Source: Octopus vulgaris (taxonomy: Eukaryota). From it: 64,000 bases of DNA. Below, piece by piece: positions 1 to 13,008 of this stretch. The DNA is taken from positions 28,582,001 through 28,646,000 of the forward strand of contig OX597823.1 of the NCBI GenBank assembly GCA_951406725.2, read 5' to 3'. Position numbers and translations under genes: made by a program. Below the pieces are notes generated by a model, which was not told the origin of the DNA, did not search any database, and worked only from the letters and a program-made list of their open reading frames with translations. Each line of letters starts with the position of its first letter. The first letter of the stretch is position 1.

Positions 1-149
1 ATCGGAGAATAGAAGAGATGTTTGACAACAGCACCACTGCATGCTAATATATTCTGAGAAACAAAAGCTTGGTGAATACCAATAAATTCTCTTCTATTGC
101 AAACGTATTTTAGAACGAAAATATAATTCTGGATATGAAGTAATTTTGC

Positions 150-480
150 TGAACAAATTTAAGATTGATAACATCTTCATTACAATCTGGGCGTCAGCAA
201 CACGCAGACCTAAACAGAGTTTATAAATGTTCCTTTCGAGCTTCGAGGAATTCATTTGTTTCTTCTCCTTGCAACGAATCCTTTCCTCCTACTATTACAA
301 AGAACATATCCATAACATACTTTCTTAAATTCTCCCCTTATGCGCCTACGCAGTCTACTGCCTTTATTAATTTTCTACTGTCATCATTTCCGTGGAAATA
401 TAATCTGCCTACATTTTCTGATTAATATGAGGCTCAGGAGATTGTCAGCAATTTCTTTTTTCTCGAAATTTCCCATTGTC
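150..480 (-). mobile_element. Highly decayed fragment of an R4/Dong-like LINE (region just downstream of the RT domain)
   Basis: The minus strand gives pieces such as ENVGRLYF..SRKLIKAVDCV, resembling the 'DV.RLYLPR..GGRGL' block of the intact copies at 10.6-12.2 kb and 15.1-18.0 kb. Many stops and frameshifts. Confidence 0.35.
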
Positions 481-1086
481 CATTTATGTATTTATTTCAT
501 TTCAATACGACAGCAATCAAGCAGTATTGTTAACACGTGGGGGGGGGGGGGGATAAACAAAAACAAACTTGGCAACATTCCTTTACGTCCTGAGTTCAAA
601 TTCCGGTCAGGTCGACTTTATTTTTCCTCCGCATACTATAAACAAAGATAATACCTTTTCTCAACAAATTGAGGACGAAGGTGATGAGAGAAAAAAGATA
701 AATAGAAATTCACTGTTCTTCGAAGATCGAACAGAGATGCGATACAAATTAATTCAACAGGCTAGAAAGAACAGTGGTCCTGCTGAAGAAGATTGGACCT
801 GGCGAGTTCCTTTGCTCGCTAAATTAAAATCAGAAAGCAATTGGTCCAGGAAACTAGATGGTAAAATGTTTTTATTTTTCATTTCGTTCCTGTCGAAACT
901 TATCCCTAATTTTTGTGGTTATAGAACCTAGCTGTTCTTTCTAGCGTGTTGAATTCCTATAAGTGAATTCCTCATGTGTTTAAATATACACTATATCGTA
1001 TGACTAATATATGGTCTTTTGGAGTAAATTTTTTACACGTTAGACCACTGGAAATGTAAATTTAAATTAATTTCCATTTCCCTTTC

Positions 1087-1136
<50 letters not shown>

Positions 1137-1774
1137 ATTTGGATTGATGTGTAGATGGAAACAAATGCATTAAGTATTGGATTTTTTAAAATATTGAAGT
1201 TAACCCTGGAAGTAAATTTGTATAGAAACATCAATTAAAGCTTTCGTTAAAACACATCCACATGCATAGACACTTCCACATAGTCATATACACCAATATG
1301 AACATTATTACTATTGCGATATGTATAAGAATGTCACCAGCAGCTGCGAACATTAAATATGTCTGCTGGTGAACAACGCGTATCTATTGAAAAGATGAAA
1401 TATCTTGTGATGAATATTTGGCTCTTTATTTCTATACACTTGCAATCCTGGAAATGACCTAAGAAGTTGTTTTCTTCCCCCAATTCTCTCTCTATCTATC
1501 TATCGATCCATCTATCGCCCTGTTAAGCTATTTTACCTTTTACTTATTATTGGCACATTAGACTGCTTGCGGACATGCTGGAGCAGATCGAACGCTGCGT
1601 TTATTTTGATTACTTTTTTTAATCTATTATACTATAGGTCTGCACGTAAGCAAACCGAGACCAAAGTGGGCGCGAAAAACATATGCACTCGCACACACAC
1701 ACATACACGCACGCACTCACATACACATATACTACGTAAAGCAAACTTCTTAATCACTTCTGTGCTTGCGCCGT

Positions 1775-1824
<50 letters not shown>

Positions 1825-1835
1825 CCACTCCTGCG

Positions 1836-1881
<46 letters not shown>

Positions 1882-1883
<2 letters not shown>

Positions 1884-2044
1884 CGCAGGAGTGGCTGTGT
1901 GGTAAGTAGTTTGCTAACCAACCACATGGTTCCGGGTTCAGTCCCACTGCGTGGCATCTTGGGCAAGTGTCTTCTGCTATAGCCCCGGGCCGACCAATGC
2001 CTTGTGAGTGGATTTGGTAGACGGAAACTGAAAGAAGCCTGTCG
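1882..2044 (+). mobile_element. tRNA-derived SINE, family 1 (CORE-like), 5' part
   Basis: GGCGCAGGAGTGGCTGTGTGGTAAG (A-box-like), GGTTCAGTCCC (B-box-like) and CTTGGGCAAGTG (CORE-like). The same sequence recurs at 45.9-46.3 kb and 58.0-58.4 kb. Followed by a (TA)/(TG) tract. Confidence 0.85.
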
Positions 2045-2329
2045 TATATATGTATATATATATGTGTGTGTGTGTGTGTGAGCGTGTTTGTGTGAGTGTG
2101 TTTGTTTTAAAGCTTATCTGATGTTCAACAATATGGCCTGATAGGTTGAAACAAGTTTTCGCAATTGTTTTAAGTATCTCCATAGACCCGAAGAAATCTT
2201 GAAAGTCTCTCGGCCATCCTCTACTTCATCGAACAGTATATCGATGAAGTGTGAAATGATGTGCTTTTCTCAGAAACCCAAATTACCTCCTACTACACGA
2301 ATCGAACCTAACAGTTTGCTGTCACAAGC

Positions 2330-2740
2330 CAAGTGAAATCTAACAATAGCATGGATGGATTATAGGAAATCCTATGACATGATCCCACACCCATGGATAA
2401 GTGAATGTTTGAGTATATTCAGTATCGGAGACAACATAAGAGAATTAATTAGATTTAGCATGAAGAAATGGAAATTAGATCTCTACTCAGGTGACACACT
2501 CTTAAGGAATTTTAATATCAAAGGAGGAATTTTCTAGGGGACTCGTTGATCCCTTTAATATTTGTCTTATATTTTATCCCCCTTAGTTTATTATTAAGCA
2601 ATGCAAAAGCAGGGTTCAGAAATAGTAATGGAAAAATTAACCATTTGCTCTACATGGATGACTTGAAGCATTTTAGTAAGAATGAACAAGAGAGATTCCT
2701 TAATACACAATGTAAGACTCTTCAGCAAAGGTATAGGCAA
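2330..2740 (+). mobile_element. Decayed R4/Dong-like LINE reverse transcriptase fragment
   Basis: WMDYRKSYDMIPHPWI, GIF*GDSLIPL and NHLLYMDDLK match the RT motifs of the 15946-17997 ORF. In-frame stop present. Confidence 0.8.
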
Positions 2741-2896
2741 CCAAACACGGGTTTTACCGCATCAATTAATCATGTATTGTATTTAATACAGTGCTACTCG
2801 TCTCTTACGCACATGCATTACAAAATAAAATACAAATATAAAACCTATCATCACCCTAGATTCCATCACACTTGTCACCATTATGAGCTCGAATTC

Positions 2897-3152
2897 AGAG
2901 AGAAAGAGAGAGTGAAAAGTGAGAAAGTGAGAAGGAAAGAAAGAGATAGAAAGAGAGAGAGAGAAAGAGAGAAAGAAAGAAAGAAAGAGAGAAAGAAAGA
3001 AAGAGAGAGAGAAAGAAAGAGAGAAAGAAAGAAAGAGAGAGGGAGAGGAATAAAGAAAGCGAGAAAGAGAGAAAGAAAGAGAGAATGAAAAAGTGAGAAA
3101 GTGAGAAAGAAAGAGAGAGATAGAAAGAGAGAGAAAAAGAGAGAAAGAAAGG

Positions 3153-3192
<40 letters not shown>

Positions 3193-3334
3193 GAAAGAGG
3201 GAGAGAAAGAAAGAGAGAGAAAAATAAAGAGAGAAATGGGATAGAGAAAGACTGAAAGAGAGAGAGGAAAAGAATGAGAGAGAGAGAAAGAAAGAGAGAG
3301 AGAGAGAGAAAGAGAGAGAGAGCGAAAAAGTGAG

Positions 3335-3365
<31 letters not shown>

Positions 3366-3366
3366 A
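2897..3366. repeat. (GA)n/(GAAA)n purine-rich compound microsatellite
   Basis: Seen directly. It explains the SL/ERK-rich ORFs in the track. Confidence 0.95.
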
Positions 3367-4434
3367 ACAAAACAGTAGTGAAACTGCTGATTCAAGTAAG
3401 ATCAATTTCACTACGTGTTCGTGGATGTTGTTAATCAAACAAAACATTGTCATTACTTAGACAATGATGATGATGATGATGATGAGAGGAGGAGGAGGCG
3501 GATGGCAATGATAACGACGACGACGACGGCGACGTTGATGATGATGATGATGATGATGATGATCATGATGATGATGGCCTTAGTTGTTAATATTTTCGTA
3601 ATGGTGGTGGTGGTGGTGGTGGTGGTGGTGGTAGTAGTGAGGATGATACTGGAAGGAACAGGAAGACAGTATAATGATGTAGTTACTTGATTCTGAATTT
3701 TGCACATCTGCTAATGCATATACCACATTTTGTTTTTTTGGCACCCATTATCTCATTTCCCACCCTCACCCATCCCCAATTATATCTGTCATACAATATT
3801 TATATATACATTTACATCTCCACCCCCCACCATTATATTAAATTCTCTTTTTCTGCAACCCTTTCTCTCTCTCTCTCTCTCTCTCGCTTCTCCTTCCTTT
3901 TCTCTCTCTCTTTCTTCCTCTTCCCCCCTTTCTCTCTCGCACCGCATCTTTCTCTACGTCAGTTCCCATCTTTCTGTGCCTTCTCCATCTTCTCCATGTC
4001 ATCTTTGAACGTCATAACAGTCTTACGTAGTAAATAAAAAATAGTTTTTTTTTCTTGATCGTCAAAAAAAACAAAAACAACAATAACCACGATAATTTCC
4101 AACATAGTAAATGCAACAGATCTAATTATAATTTAAGTCCTACTTTAAAAATTCTAATATAAGTAAATCTACTTGACTAACATACACCTACGCATGCACA
4201 CACACACACACACACACACTCACACACACACACACACACACGCACACACACATACACACGCACACACATGCAGTCTACAATAATGAATGCATCTACAGCA
4301 ATTAAAAGAAATACCGCATCATTTCCACTAACAATGTCATTAACACCGCAACCACTGACACCATGAATCTTGAACCACGATATACTAGAAAAAGCAGCCA
4401 AATCCTCCTCACAACTCGAGGCTCCGAAATGTAG

Positions 4435-4702
4435 AAAACTGACAGGGTTGCCATAGATGGGTTGTATTTGATGCCCGACTGTCGCGCTTGTTACGTTCCA
4501 AACCTTCCGCGATAGGTGAAAATCCGCGAAGTAGAAACAGCACTGTACTGTATATAATATATTTTATTATTTTTATGATTTGTATATATTTATTTTTATT
4601 ATAAATACGAAACAACACCACGGAGGAATCGACGTAAGGTTAAATAATAAACCGCGATAGGTGAACCGCGATAAGTGAGCTGCAATATGGCGAGGAATTA
4701 CC
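4435..4702 (+). mobile_element. pogo/Tigger-like non-autonomous DNA transposon fragment
   Basis: Repeated CCGCGATAGGTGAA / CCGCGATAAGTGA subterminal motifs ending GGCGAGGAATTAC, typical of a Tigger-type right end. Confidence 0.45.
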
Positions 4703-5029
4703 CAAGTTCAAATCAATGAAGTTTGCTCTGAGGTAAAATGACATGAGATGAAAACGCTCTGCGATCAAGTTTGTTTTTCATCCATTTGAGGGTTGATAGT
4801 GTAATAATGCCAGTTATGTGGCCATCGAGGTTGGTTTATAATGTGTGGCCAGTACTTGAGGTAAAGACAATACTTCTACGACCAACCACAACGAATATGT
4901 AAAACCCTCAACACTTCCATGATCGTAGGCTATGACTCTGATTCCACCACAACACCAAGAATAAATGCTCCGCCACTAAAAACCAGCACCAGCATTACCA
5001 ATAACTTCGACAGCACAAACAAGCGATGA

Positions 5030-5810
5030 TAACCGTTATCATCCCCCTCCGCCTCCTCCTCCCCCCTCCTCATCATTGTTGTTGTCGTCGTCATCATCAT
5101 CACATCATCATTATCTTCATCATCATCGTCGTCATCATCATCATTATCATCATCATTGTCGCCTTTGTCTTCGTCATCATCATCTTCCTCATCATGTTCG
5201 TCGTGATCGTCGTCGTCCTTATCATCATCATCTGCTCCTAAAACGCAAACTATCAATCGCACTGAAAGCAGACCTGTGGTTGAATAGTGATAGTGAAGCT
5301 AGTTACACCATCACTTTCACTCCACCACTACTTTCAGCCTTACCACAGTCATTAATGTTGTCATCATTCCATTCTTTTTCCCAGCATGCCACTATAGGCG
5401 GCCATTACAATCTCCAGCGCTTTCTCTCTCACCCCAGCACCACACATTCTCAAAACCACAACCTCCACTAACTACCTTATCGCCACCACCACCGCCACCA
5501 CCACCACCGCCGCCGCCACCACCATCATCATCAACACCACCACAACCTCCACCACCACCACCACCATCATCATCATCAATACCACCACTACCACTATCAC
5601 TGCAAGTATCACCGCTTTCACCAACTCCCACCACAGCCACTATTACTGCAATCATTATCGGCATCACCGCCATTATCACCTGCCATCTCTATCACCACCA
5701 CCACCACCACCACCACTACCATCACTACCACCACCTCGACTACGACGACGACGACCACAACCACCACTACCACTTCCGCGACTACGACCGCCACCACCAA
5801 CAATGACAGC
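5030..5810. repeat. Compound trinucleotide microsatellite ((CAT)n, (CAC)n, (CGA)n)
   Basis: Seen directly. Confidence 0.9.
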
Positions 5811-6207
5811 CTGTTGACACACTTTTATCTCTACAACAAACAACGACCGTTACAGCACAAATAACTATCAACAACTACCGCAATATGGAACACAACAACA
5901 AAAACAAACCTAACGAGAATAGTAAGCTCAATAGCAACAACAAGATTAATAATAACAATAATAACTACCAAGTTGCAATTACTCTTGACTAGAAACATAA
6001 AATAAATAAAAAATCAGGAGAAAAAAACCTCACTAAATTACTTAGCATACAGCATACCTGATGTCTTTGATATGATTCGCCATTCTAGAGACATGATTTT
6101 CAATCGCTTTAATGTAATATTGTATGCATAAGCAGGTAGAATAGTTGTTGGTGTTGCTTTGGAACAGAAATACATTGATAGATAGATAGATATCTAAATA
6201 AATATGA

Positions 6208-6251
<44 letters not shown>

Positions 6252-6357
6252 AACTAATCACATATAAAAATATATGTTGCGAAATAGATAAAAAAATTAT
6301 TGGTTATTCTGTCGTTCTCCTTGTATACATACAAATGCATATACATAAATACAAACA

Positions 6358-6409
<52 letters not shown>

Positions 6410-7199
6410 CGTATATATATATATATATATATAAATATATATACATACGTATATATATATACATGCACACACACATGCATACACACACATATATAAATGT
6501 GTGTACGTGTGTTAAAAGTTAGAAAGTATCTCCTTATAAATGGACATTTTTTTTCAACAAGTAAATCTGAAATGGGATCAACTTAAAAAAAAATAGTTGA
6601 TTGAAAATCGCTTGTAAATAAACGTGTGCATATAATATATAGGGCAAGGTGTTTCTTATGTCTCATTATGTCTTTGTCTCTCTTTCTCTTTCTCTCTCAC
6701 TCTCTGTTACCCTCACTCTTTCTCTCTCCCCCACGCTCTTTCTCTATCTCGCTTGCTGTATTTCTCTCTCTTCCTCTACTTCCGCCGCCATGACACAGAA
6801 TTCCCCTCTCAAGTCGAACATTGGCAGATGGGTGACAACAGATCGAACTTGGTCGTTGTAAAAAACGATGCATACATACATACATACATACATACATACA
6901 TACATACATACATACATACATACATACATACATACAACTGTGTATGTATATGTATGTATATACACACATGCGCGCAAACGCACATATTATAAATGTTTGA
7001 TTTCATGTCAAGTTATATTCAAAGCAAATTAACTAACTTTAAAGTGAAGAGTTACTCGATCCTTTTCAGGAAAATACGCTTGTTTAACGATTACAAAGCA
7101 TATATTTACCGCGACTTCGAAGTTACTGCGAACTCGCCTTTAGTAGACTATATATACAAAAAATTATACGCAAACGTGTGTCTGTAATTTATTAAAACA

Positions 7200-8090
7200 A
7201 AAGCAGGGTTGAAGAATTACGTAGTTATTTGACATAGTCTCCTCGATTTTCGATGCCCTTCTTCCAGTGGTCCACAGGCTTGTTTGTTCCATCGGAGAAA
7301 GGTTTTCACTGGTCGCGCGGCCCTTTATTTACCACTTCCGCCACTTATTTGTCTGTTTCCAATCAACGACCTCGTAAAGGATATTTGAGCAGCCCAAAGA
7401 GATGATAATTGGAAGGGGATAGATCTGTATATAGGGTGTTCCAGCAACTCGACACACAATTTTGCAATGGTTTCAACGATGAGGGCTGCCGTATGTGGGC
7501 GAGCATTGTCGCGCAACGGTAACATTTGCTTTGACAATAGAACCCGATGCTTAGCACGAATTGCTGGCTTCAGTTTGTTGGCCAGCATTACACCATAGTC
7601 TTCACTGGTGATTAAAGACCTCTTTTTCTAGGTGATATTCCAGTAGAGGCATATTTGTGCCCTAAAATATAGTTAGCATCACTTTTCTGCAGAAGGCTGA
7701 GAATTGAATTTCTTTCTAGATAACTATTCCGGGCGTTTGCACTCCATGCTCTGCCTTTGGATTATAGCTCAAAGTGAGGGACCCAGGTCACATCTCCTGT
7801 AATTATTCTGTGCAAAACCGTTTCGCCTTCATCGTCGTAGCGGTGAAACAAGCTTTGACAGATCTCTACACGACTGTGCTTATGTGTGGCACCCACCTCG
7901 CACAGGCTTTCGAGAAACAAAGCTTATCGTGGATGATTCCGTGCGCAAAACCTTGACAAATTTGCAGAGAATACATCATGTCATCGATGGTCACTCGTCG
8001 GGTCGCCAGAACCATTTTTCCTGCTTATTGAATCTTCTCATCGCTTGTTGAAATTGATGAGCATCATGCTCCCTGATGTCGAAAAACGAA
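7200..8090 (-). mobile_element. Decayed mariner (DD34D) transposase
   Basis: Minus strand gives GDVTWVPHFE (GDETW motif), LRDNARPHTA and YTDLSPSNYHLFG (YSPDLAPSD.HLF motif), split by frameshifts and stops. Confidence 0.85.
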
Positions 8091-8191
8091 CAGTAAGCAT
8101 AATTAAATCTCAGAATGAGATTGAAACAGTAATCGCTCGATAATGTAAAGTATAGAAGGAGCCTTCACTTTCATCGCTACCTGGTGGCTAC

Positions 8192-8234
8192 CGCCCATTG
8201 ACGAGGGACAACCATCCCGAAACTAGTTCGAGCG
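8192..8234 (+). ncRNA. Minimal type I hammerhead ribozyme motif (U3 variant) inside a ~260-bp element at 8145-8404
   Basis: cgccca-TTGACGA-GGGA caacca TCCC-GAAA-CTAG-TT-cgagcg: perfect 4-bp stem II, palindromic stem III (ACTAGT), GUU site, stem I with 4/6 pairs. The element is bounded by a 14-bp inverted repeat GTAAAGTATAGAAG/CTTCTATACTTTAC. Confidence 0.6.
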
Positions 8235-8402
8235 TATCACTCAGGCTTGCGAGGAAGGGATGGCCTCCCTTTGCAAATACTCCAAAGACACAGATATTGT
8301 GTTTAGAGCCAGCTAGAGACGAAGATCTCTTGGGGCTATAAAGCTACAGTAACAACCCCCTCCCCAATGTGGTTAGCTATGATAAGATGGCTTCTATACT
8401 TT

Positions 8403-8470
<68 letters not shown>

Positions 8471-8479
8471 TATATATAA

Positions 8480-8772
8480 AACAAGTAGAAAGATAAGTTT
8501 TTATTCAACGAGTAGATACTGAACAGTATTATATATATATATCAAGATGAAAATCCTTCCCCTCCTCCTCCTCCTCCTCCTCCTCCTCCACCTCCTCCAC
8601 CTCCTCCTCCACCTCCTCCTCCACCTCCTCCTCCTAATCATCATCAACATCATCATCATCATCATCATTCTCATCTTCATCATCATCATCATTATCTTCA
8701 TTATCATAAGGATTTTATACATACACTCTTCTGTATCTAAGCGTTGAATAAAAATTTATCTTTGTACTTGTT
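8480..8772. repeat. 48-bp inverted-repeat pair enclosing a (CCT)n/(CAT)n microsatellite (MITE-like)
   Basis: 8480-8527 matches the reverse complement of 8725-8772 with about 6 mismatches. Confidence 0.7.
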
Positions 8773-8775
8773 ATA

Positions 8776-8869
<94 letters not shown>

Positions 8870-9420
8870 CATACACATACACATTTATTCTTTATTATTT
8901 GATTATTTATGAATCTTTGTTCGAAAAATGCATTATTTCAAACCTGTTGATCAATCTTGGAATATATGACGATATTCATCAATATATAACAATATTTCTT
9001 GGAAATTATTTAATAAACACCTCAGTAAATTTCGTTGACTGGTATTAACCATACATCAGTTGTTTACGTTTCACACTTATCACACATGACAGTGGTAATC
9101 TATTAACGTTTCTAGGATATCAGTGAAATTTAATTCACTCTTTCACCTTCTTTTTTACCTCCCCATCGTTATTCTCATATAATTATTTAATATCATTTTT
9201 CTTCTTCTTCTTCTTCTTCTCCCTTTTCTTCTTCTTTTCTTCTCCTTTTTCTTCTTCTCCTTCTTCTTTTTCTTCTTCTTCTCCTTTTTCTTCTCCTTCT
9301 TCTTCTTTTTCTTCTTCTTCTTTTTCTTCTTCTTCTTCTTCCTTTTTTTCTTCTTCTTCTTCTTCTTATTTATTATTTTATCGTCATCAACACATCTTCA
9401 TCATCATCATCCTCATCACC

Positions 9421-9452
<32 letters not shown>

Positions 9453-9500
9453 CGTCGTCGTCGTCGTCGTCATCATCATCATCATCACCACCACCACCAT

Positions 9501-9538
<38 letters not shown>

Positions 9539-9711
9539 TCATCATCATCAACATACATATATATATGAAGACCATTGAAATAATCACACCAGGTCGTTCA
9601 TTTATAAAGTCATGTGATAAAGAAAAGACTGAGAGAAAAAGGAAAAAATGAAAAAAAATAAGCAAAGAAAATAAAGGGGAAAAAGAAAAAGAAAAAGAAA
9701 ATTCACAGTGA

Positions 9712-10220
9712 CAATGCTCTTCTCAATACGTATGACGTCACAGTTAAGACAATCTTTTGCACTTCCTGTATCGATGGTAAGCCAGGGATTACTTTTAAAT
9801 AATATTTAGTTCTTTTATTGATCATGACCCTATAATCACTGGTATTGTAACTGCCCGCAGATGCCACAACTTTTCGATTTCTATTGGCAAATCTTTATAT
9901 TTTCTGAACTTATCAAATTCTTTTGCCGAGATACCGAGATATTATGGTCACAGACTTTATTGTTTTGATCTTTCACAACGATATCTGGTCTATTGCCTTG
10001 ATGGTCCGGTCTGTAAATACTGGGAAGTCCTAAAGAATAGTTACATTTTCTCCCTCAGTTACAGCCTCAGGGTAACGTTACACCTCGAGTTTATGTTTTT
10101 CTACTATTTCAGTCCCATCGTTGCAGTATCGGCACTTTGGGGATATTTCATTTTACATCTCTGGTCAATAAGCTCAGATTTTGAGCAGCCAAGATGAAGC
10201 TTTCACCCTCGGCCTTTACT
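9712..10220 (-). mobile_element. Decayed, internally deleted copy of Dong-like LINE subfamily A (3' coding end)
   Basis: Nucleotide similarity to 10654-11310, e.g. CAATGCTCTTCTCAATACG...CAGTTAAGACAATCTTTTGCACTTC. Confidence 0.8.
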
Positions 10221-10466
10221 GTTTTGCTCAGTATTGTAGCTCCGTTAAAAAATACTAGTTGCGGATGTATTATGTGTCTGGCGATCGGCGACCACACCTG
10301 TTTACTGTCGAGAAAGCATTAAGCATGTCGTAGACTCAGTACATTTCAGCAGATCATCAAATATGGCATGCCAAGGCCACCACGTAGCAGATGTTGACTG
10401 TAGATAGATCGCCTGACCATTGGAACGCGTCCCTTATTATCATTGTTATTGTTATTATTATTATTG

Positions 10467-12203
10467 TTATTATTATTTTTTTTTTGCTCTTTCAAATTTG
10501 CTTCCATTTCTTGCCGAGTGTCTTCCCGACTCCTAGGGCAAAGAAGCTCATCGTATACATTGGTAGGCCATTAAACTAAACCCAATAGTTCGTTCATTTT
10601 TTTTTTTTTAAAGTTAAATTAAAATACATGGGTAGTAATAGTTCACACATCGACAATGCTCTTCTCAATACGTGTGATGTACCAGTTAAGACAATCTTTT
10701 GCACTTCTTGCAGGGATGGTAAGGCAGGGATCATTCTCATATAATTTTCGGTTCCCTTCTTGATCATTCCTAGTGCTCCTACGATCACTGGTATTGTAAC
10801 CGCCTTGAGATGCCACATTTTCTCAATTTCAATGAGTAGGTCATTATATTTTCTGAGCTTGTCAAACTCATTCGCCGAGATATTATGATCACAGGGGATG
10901 CTCATGTCGATCAATAAGCAAAATTTATTGTTTTGGTCTTTCACAACAATATCTGGTTTATTGGCTTTGATGGTTCGGTCTGTATGTACTGGAAAGTCCC
11001 ACAGAATGGTTACATTTTCTCCTTCAGTTACAGCTTCAGGGTGGTGATTATACCACTTGGCAGTTTTGATATTGTAATGCCGACTTATTAGCCAGTATAG
11101 ATATTGGCCAACTCTGTCATGTCTTAATTTATACTCCACTGGTGCTAAGACTTTACATCCAGAGATTAGGTGGTCCACTGTTTCAATCATGTCGTTGCAG
11201 AATCGGCATTTTGGGTCTGCTCCATTTTTCATCACATTGGCCTGGTAGTTCCGGGTTAATAGGCTTTGATCTTGAGCAGCCAGGATGAAACCTTCGCTCT
11301 CTGCTTTTAGCCCTGAGCTCCGTAGCCACTGATGGGTTTGCTTCTGGTCAACATCAGCTTGTTTGCTGCGGGCCACATATTTGCCGTGCAGAGGTTTCTC
11401 CTCCCACCTATCAGCCAATTGCTCGTGCGCTTTTTTCGTTACCATTATTTTCACCTTCTTTGCAACAATAGTTGCCGTACTTCCCACGGGTTGTTCAGTT
11501 TGGGTATCCTGCACGAGATCAATAGCAAATTTTTTGCTTTCCTTTATGATGCTTTCCTTCTTTCGTCTCTTGTGATTTTCCACGAGCTTTAGCATCCAGT
11601 CATTCGTTATTTCAAGATATTTGGCCAGTCCAATTGTGGTTGTTTTGTAAGGTAGTTCAAATTGGATCAGGCCTCGACTTCCTTGGGCTCTGGGAAGGTA
11701 AAGGCGATCTACGTCTGCCTTTGGGTGGTGCATCCTATTACAACTCAGCAGCTTGCGTATTTTCCTGTCTATATTCTTTACTTCACTCATATTCCAGTTC
11801 AACACATTGTAGCTATAAGTAACAACTGGAACCGCAAAGGAATTTATAGCTAACACCTTGTTACGTGCATTTAGTTCAGATTTCAGGACTGCACGAACTC
11901 TCCTATTACATCCCTTCCTGATCTTCTCTTTCATGCTTGCATGCTGAATACCAGAGCCTTCATTTATCCCTAAATATTTGTATGTTTGTTTTTGCTCAAA
12001 CTCTCTTATGACTGAGTCAACATCTAACACGACTGAATTTGTGGTCTTCACTTTCCCTTTCTGGAAAGTGGCCTTGGCACACTTCTCAAGTCCAAACTCC
12101 ATCCCGATGTCATCAGTGAATGCTTTCACAGTGCGCAGTAGGCCTTCAAGTTCATTATTGTCTTTACCATAGAGTTTTAAGTCATCCATATAAAATAGAT
12201 GGC
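10467..12203 (-). mobile_element. 5'-truncated R4/Dong-like REL-endonuclease LINE, subfamily A
   Basis: ORF 10594-12189 contains (Y)MDDLKLY (RT), the CRFC..ETVDHLISGC zinc knuckle, and RHD, PDIVVKD, LIDMSIP and KLRKY (restriction-like endonuclease). A 3' UTR follows. (TAA)n-type tracts lie on both sides. Confidence 0.92.
10594..12189 (-). pseudogene. C-terminal half of a LINE ORF: RT thumb, CCHC knuckle and REL endonuclease (531 aa, no native start)
   Basis: Open frame in the ORF track that begins at the YMDD motif. It reads past the expected ...RRALSM end, whereas the paralogue ends LRKLLSM*. Confidence 0.85.
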
Positions 12204-12274
<71 letters not shown>

Positions 12275-12303
12275 TTATTATTTTATTGTTAATATTATTA
12301 TTA

Positions 12304-12359
<56 letters not shown>

Positions 12360-12360
12360 G

Positions 12361-12930
12361 AGTGAGAGAGCAGTGCATGCCATGAACGTAACACAGGGGT
12401 AAAATATACGAAGCCCACTATACCCATCATGACTACCCGTCTGATAAAGGTACACTAGGCACATGCATCACAACCATATGTGCGCGATATGGTGAACTCA
12501 TATCAAGATAAACAGCACATGACCTTGCAGGTGGGGCCCAGTTAGAATTTTCTTCTGGTCGAGTAGCCCATCCCCCTCAAAAGGTCTCTGAATAAGAGGT
12601 TTTTAAGGATCTTGAACGAAACACCCATATTTCCAGAGGTGAAATATTCAAACCCCAAAGAATCCCTCTTAACACATGGCTATGATGCTCCCCCACTACT
12701 TCTGCTCGTGATCAGAGGGGCACATATCGTCAGCCACTAAGAGACATGCCCAACTGGTTATGGTCAAACAACTGACAAGCAAATCTGTGGTACTGAGCAG
12801 AATATTTGCTGCAGCTCATCTTTTATACCAAGACAAAACAATGTACATGATAACACTTCCAATTAGTTAAGATCAGAAGCCACAAGAGCCACTGCATGGT
12901 ACTGCATCAAGGCAATGGTGCGTCGGCCGG
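12361..12930 (-). mobile_element. Non-coding retroposed element ending in (AAT)n (probable long LINE 3' UTR or a non-autonomous partner)
   Basis: About 560 bp of complex sequence with no recognisable ORF, lying between two (TAA)n tracts. The minus-strand end is GCACTGCTCTCTCACTC-(AAT)n, the same polarity as the adjacent Dong-like copy. Confidence 0.55.
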
Positions 12931-12947
12931 GATTATCATCATCATTG

Positions 12948-13008
<61 letters not shown>

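Noticed and set aside
2783-3453. ORFs of 166-195 aa rich in S/L/F or E/R/K
   Set aside because: Translations of the (GA)n/(GAAA)n microsatellite.
6780-6861. Strong Kozak context (GCCGCCATG) followed by a short ORF
   Set aside because: Only 23 codons between microsatellites, with no recognisable homology.
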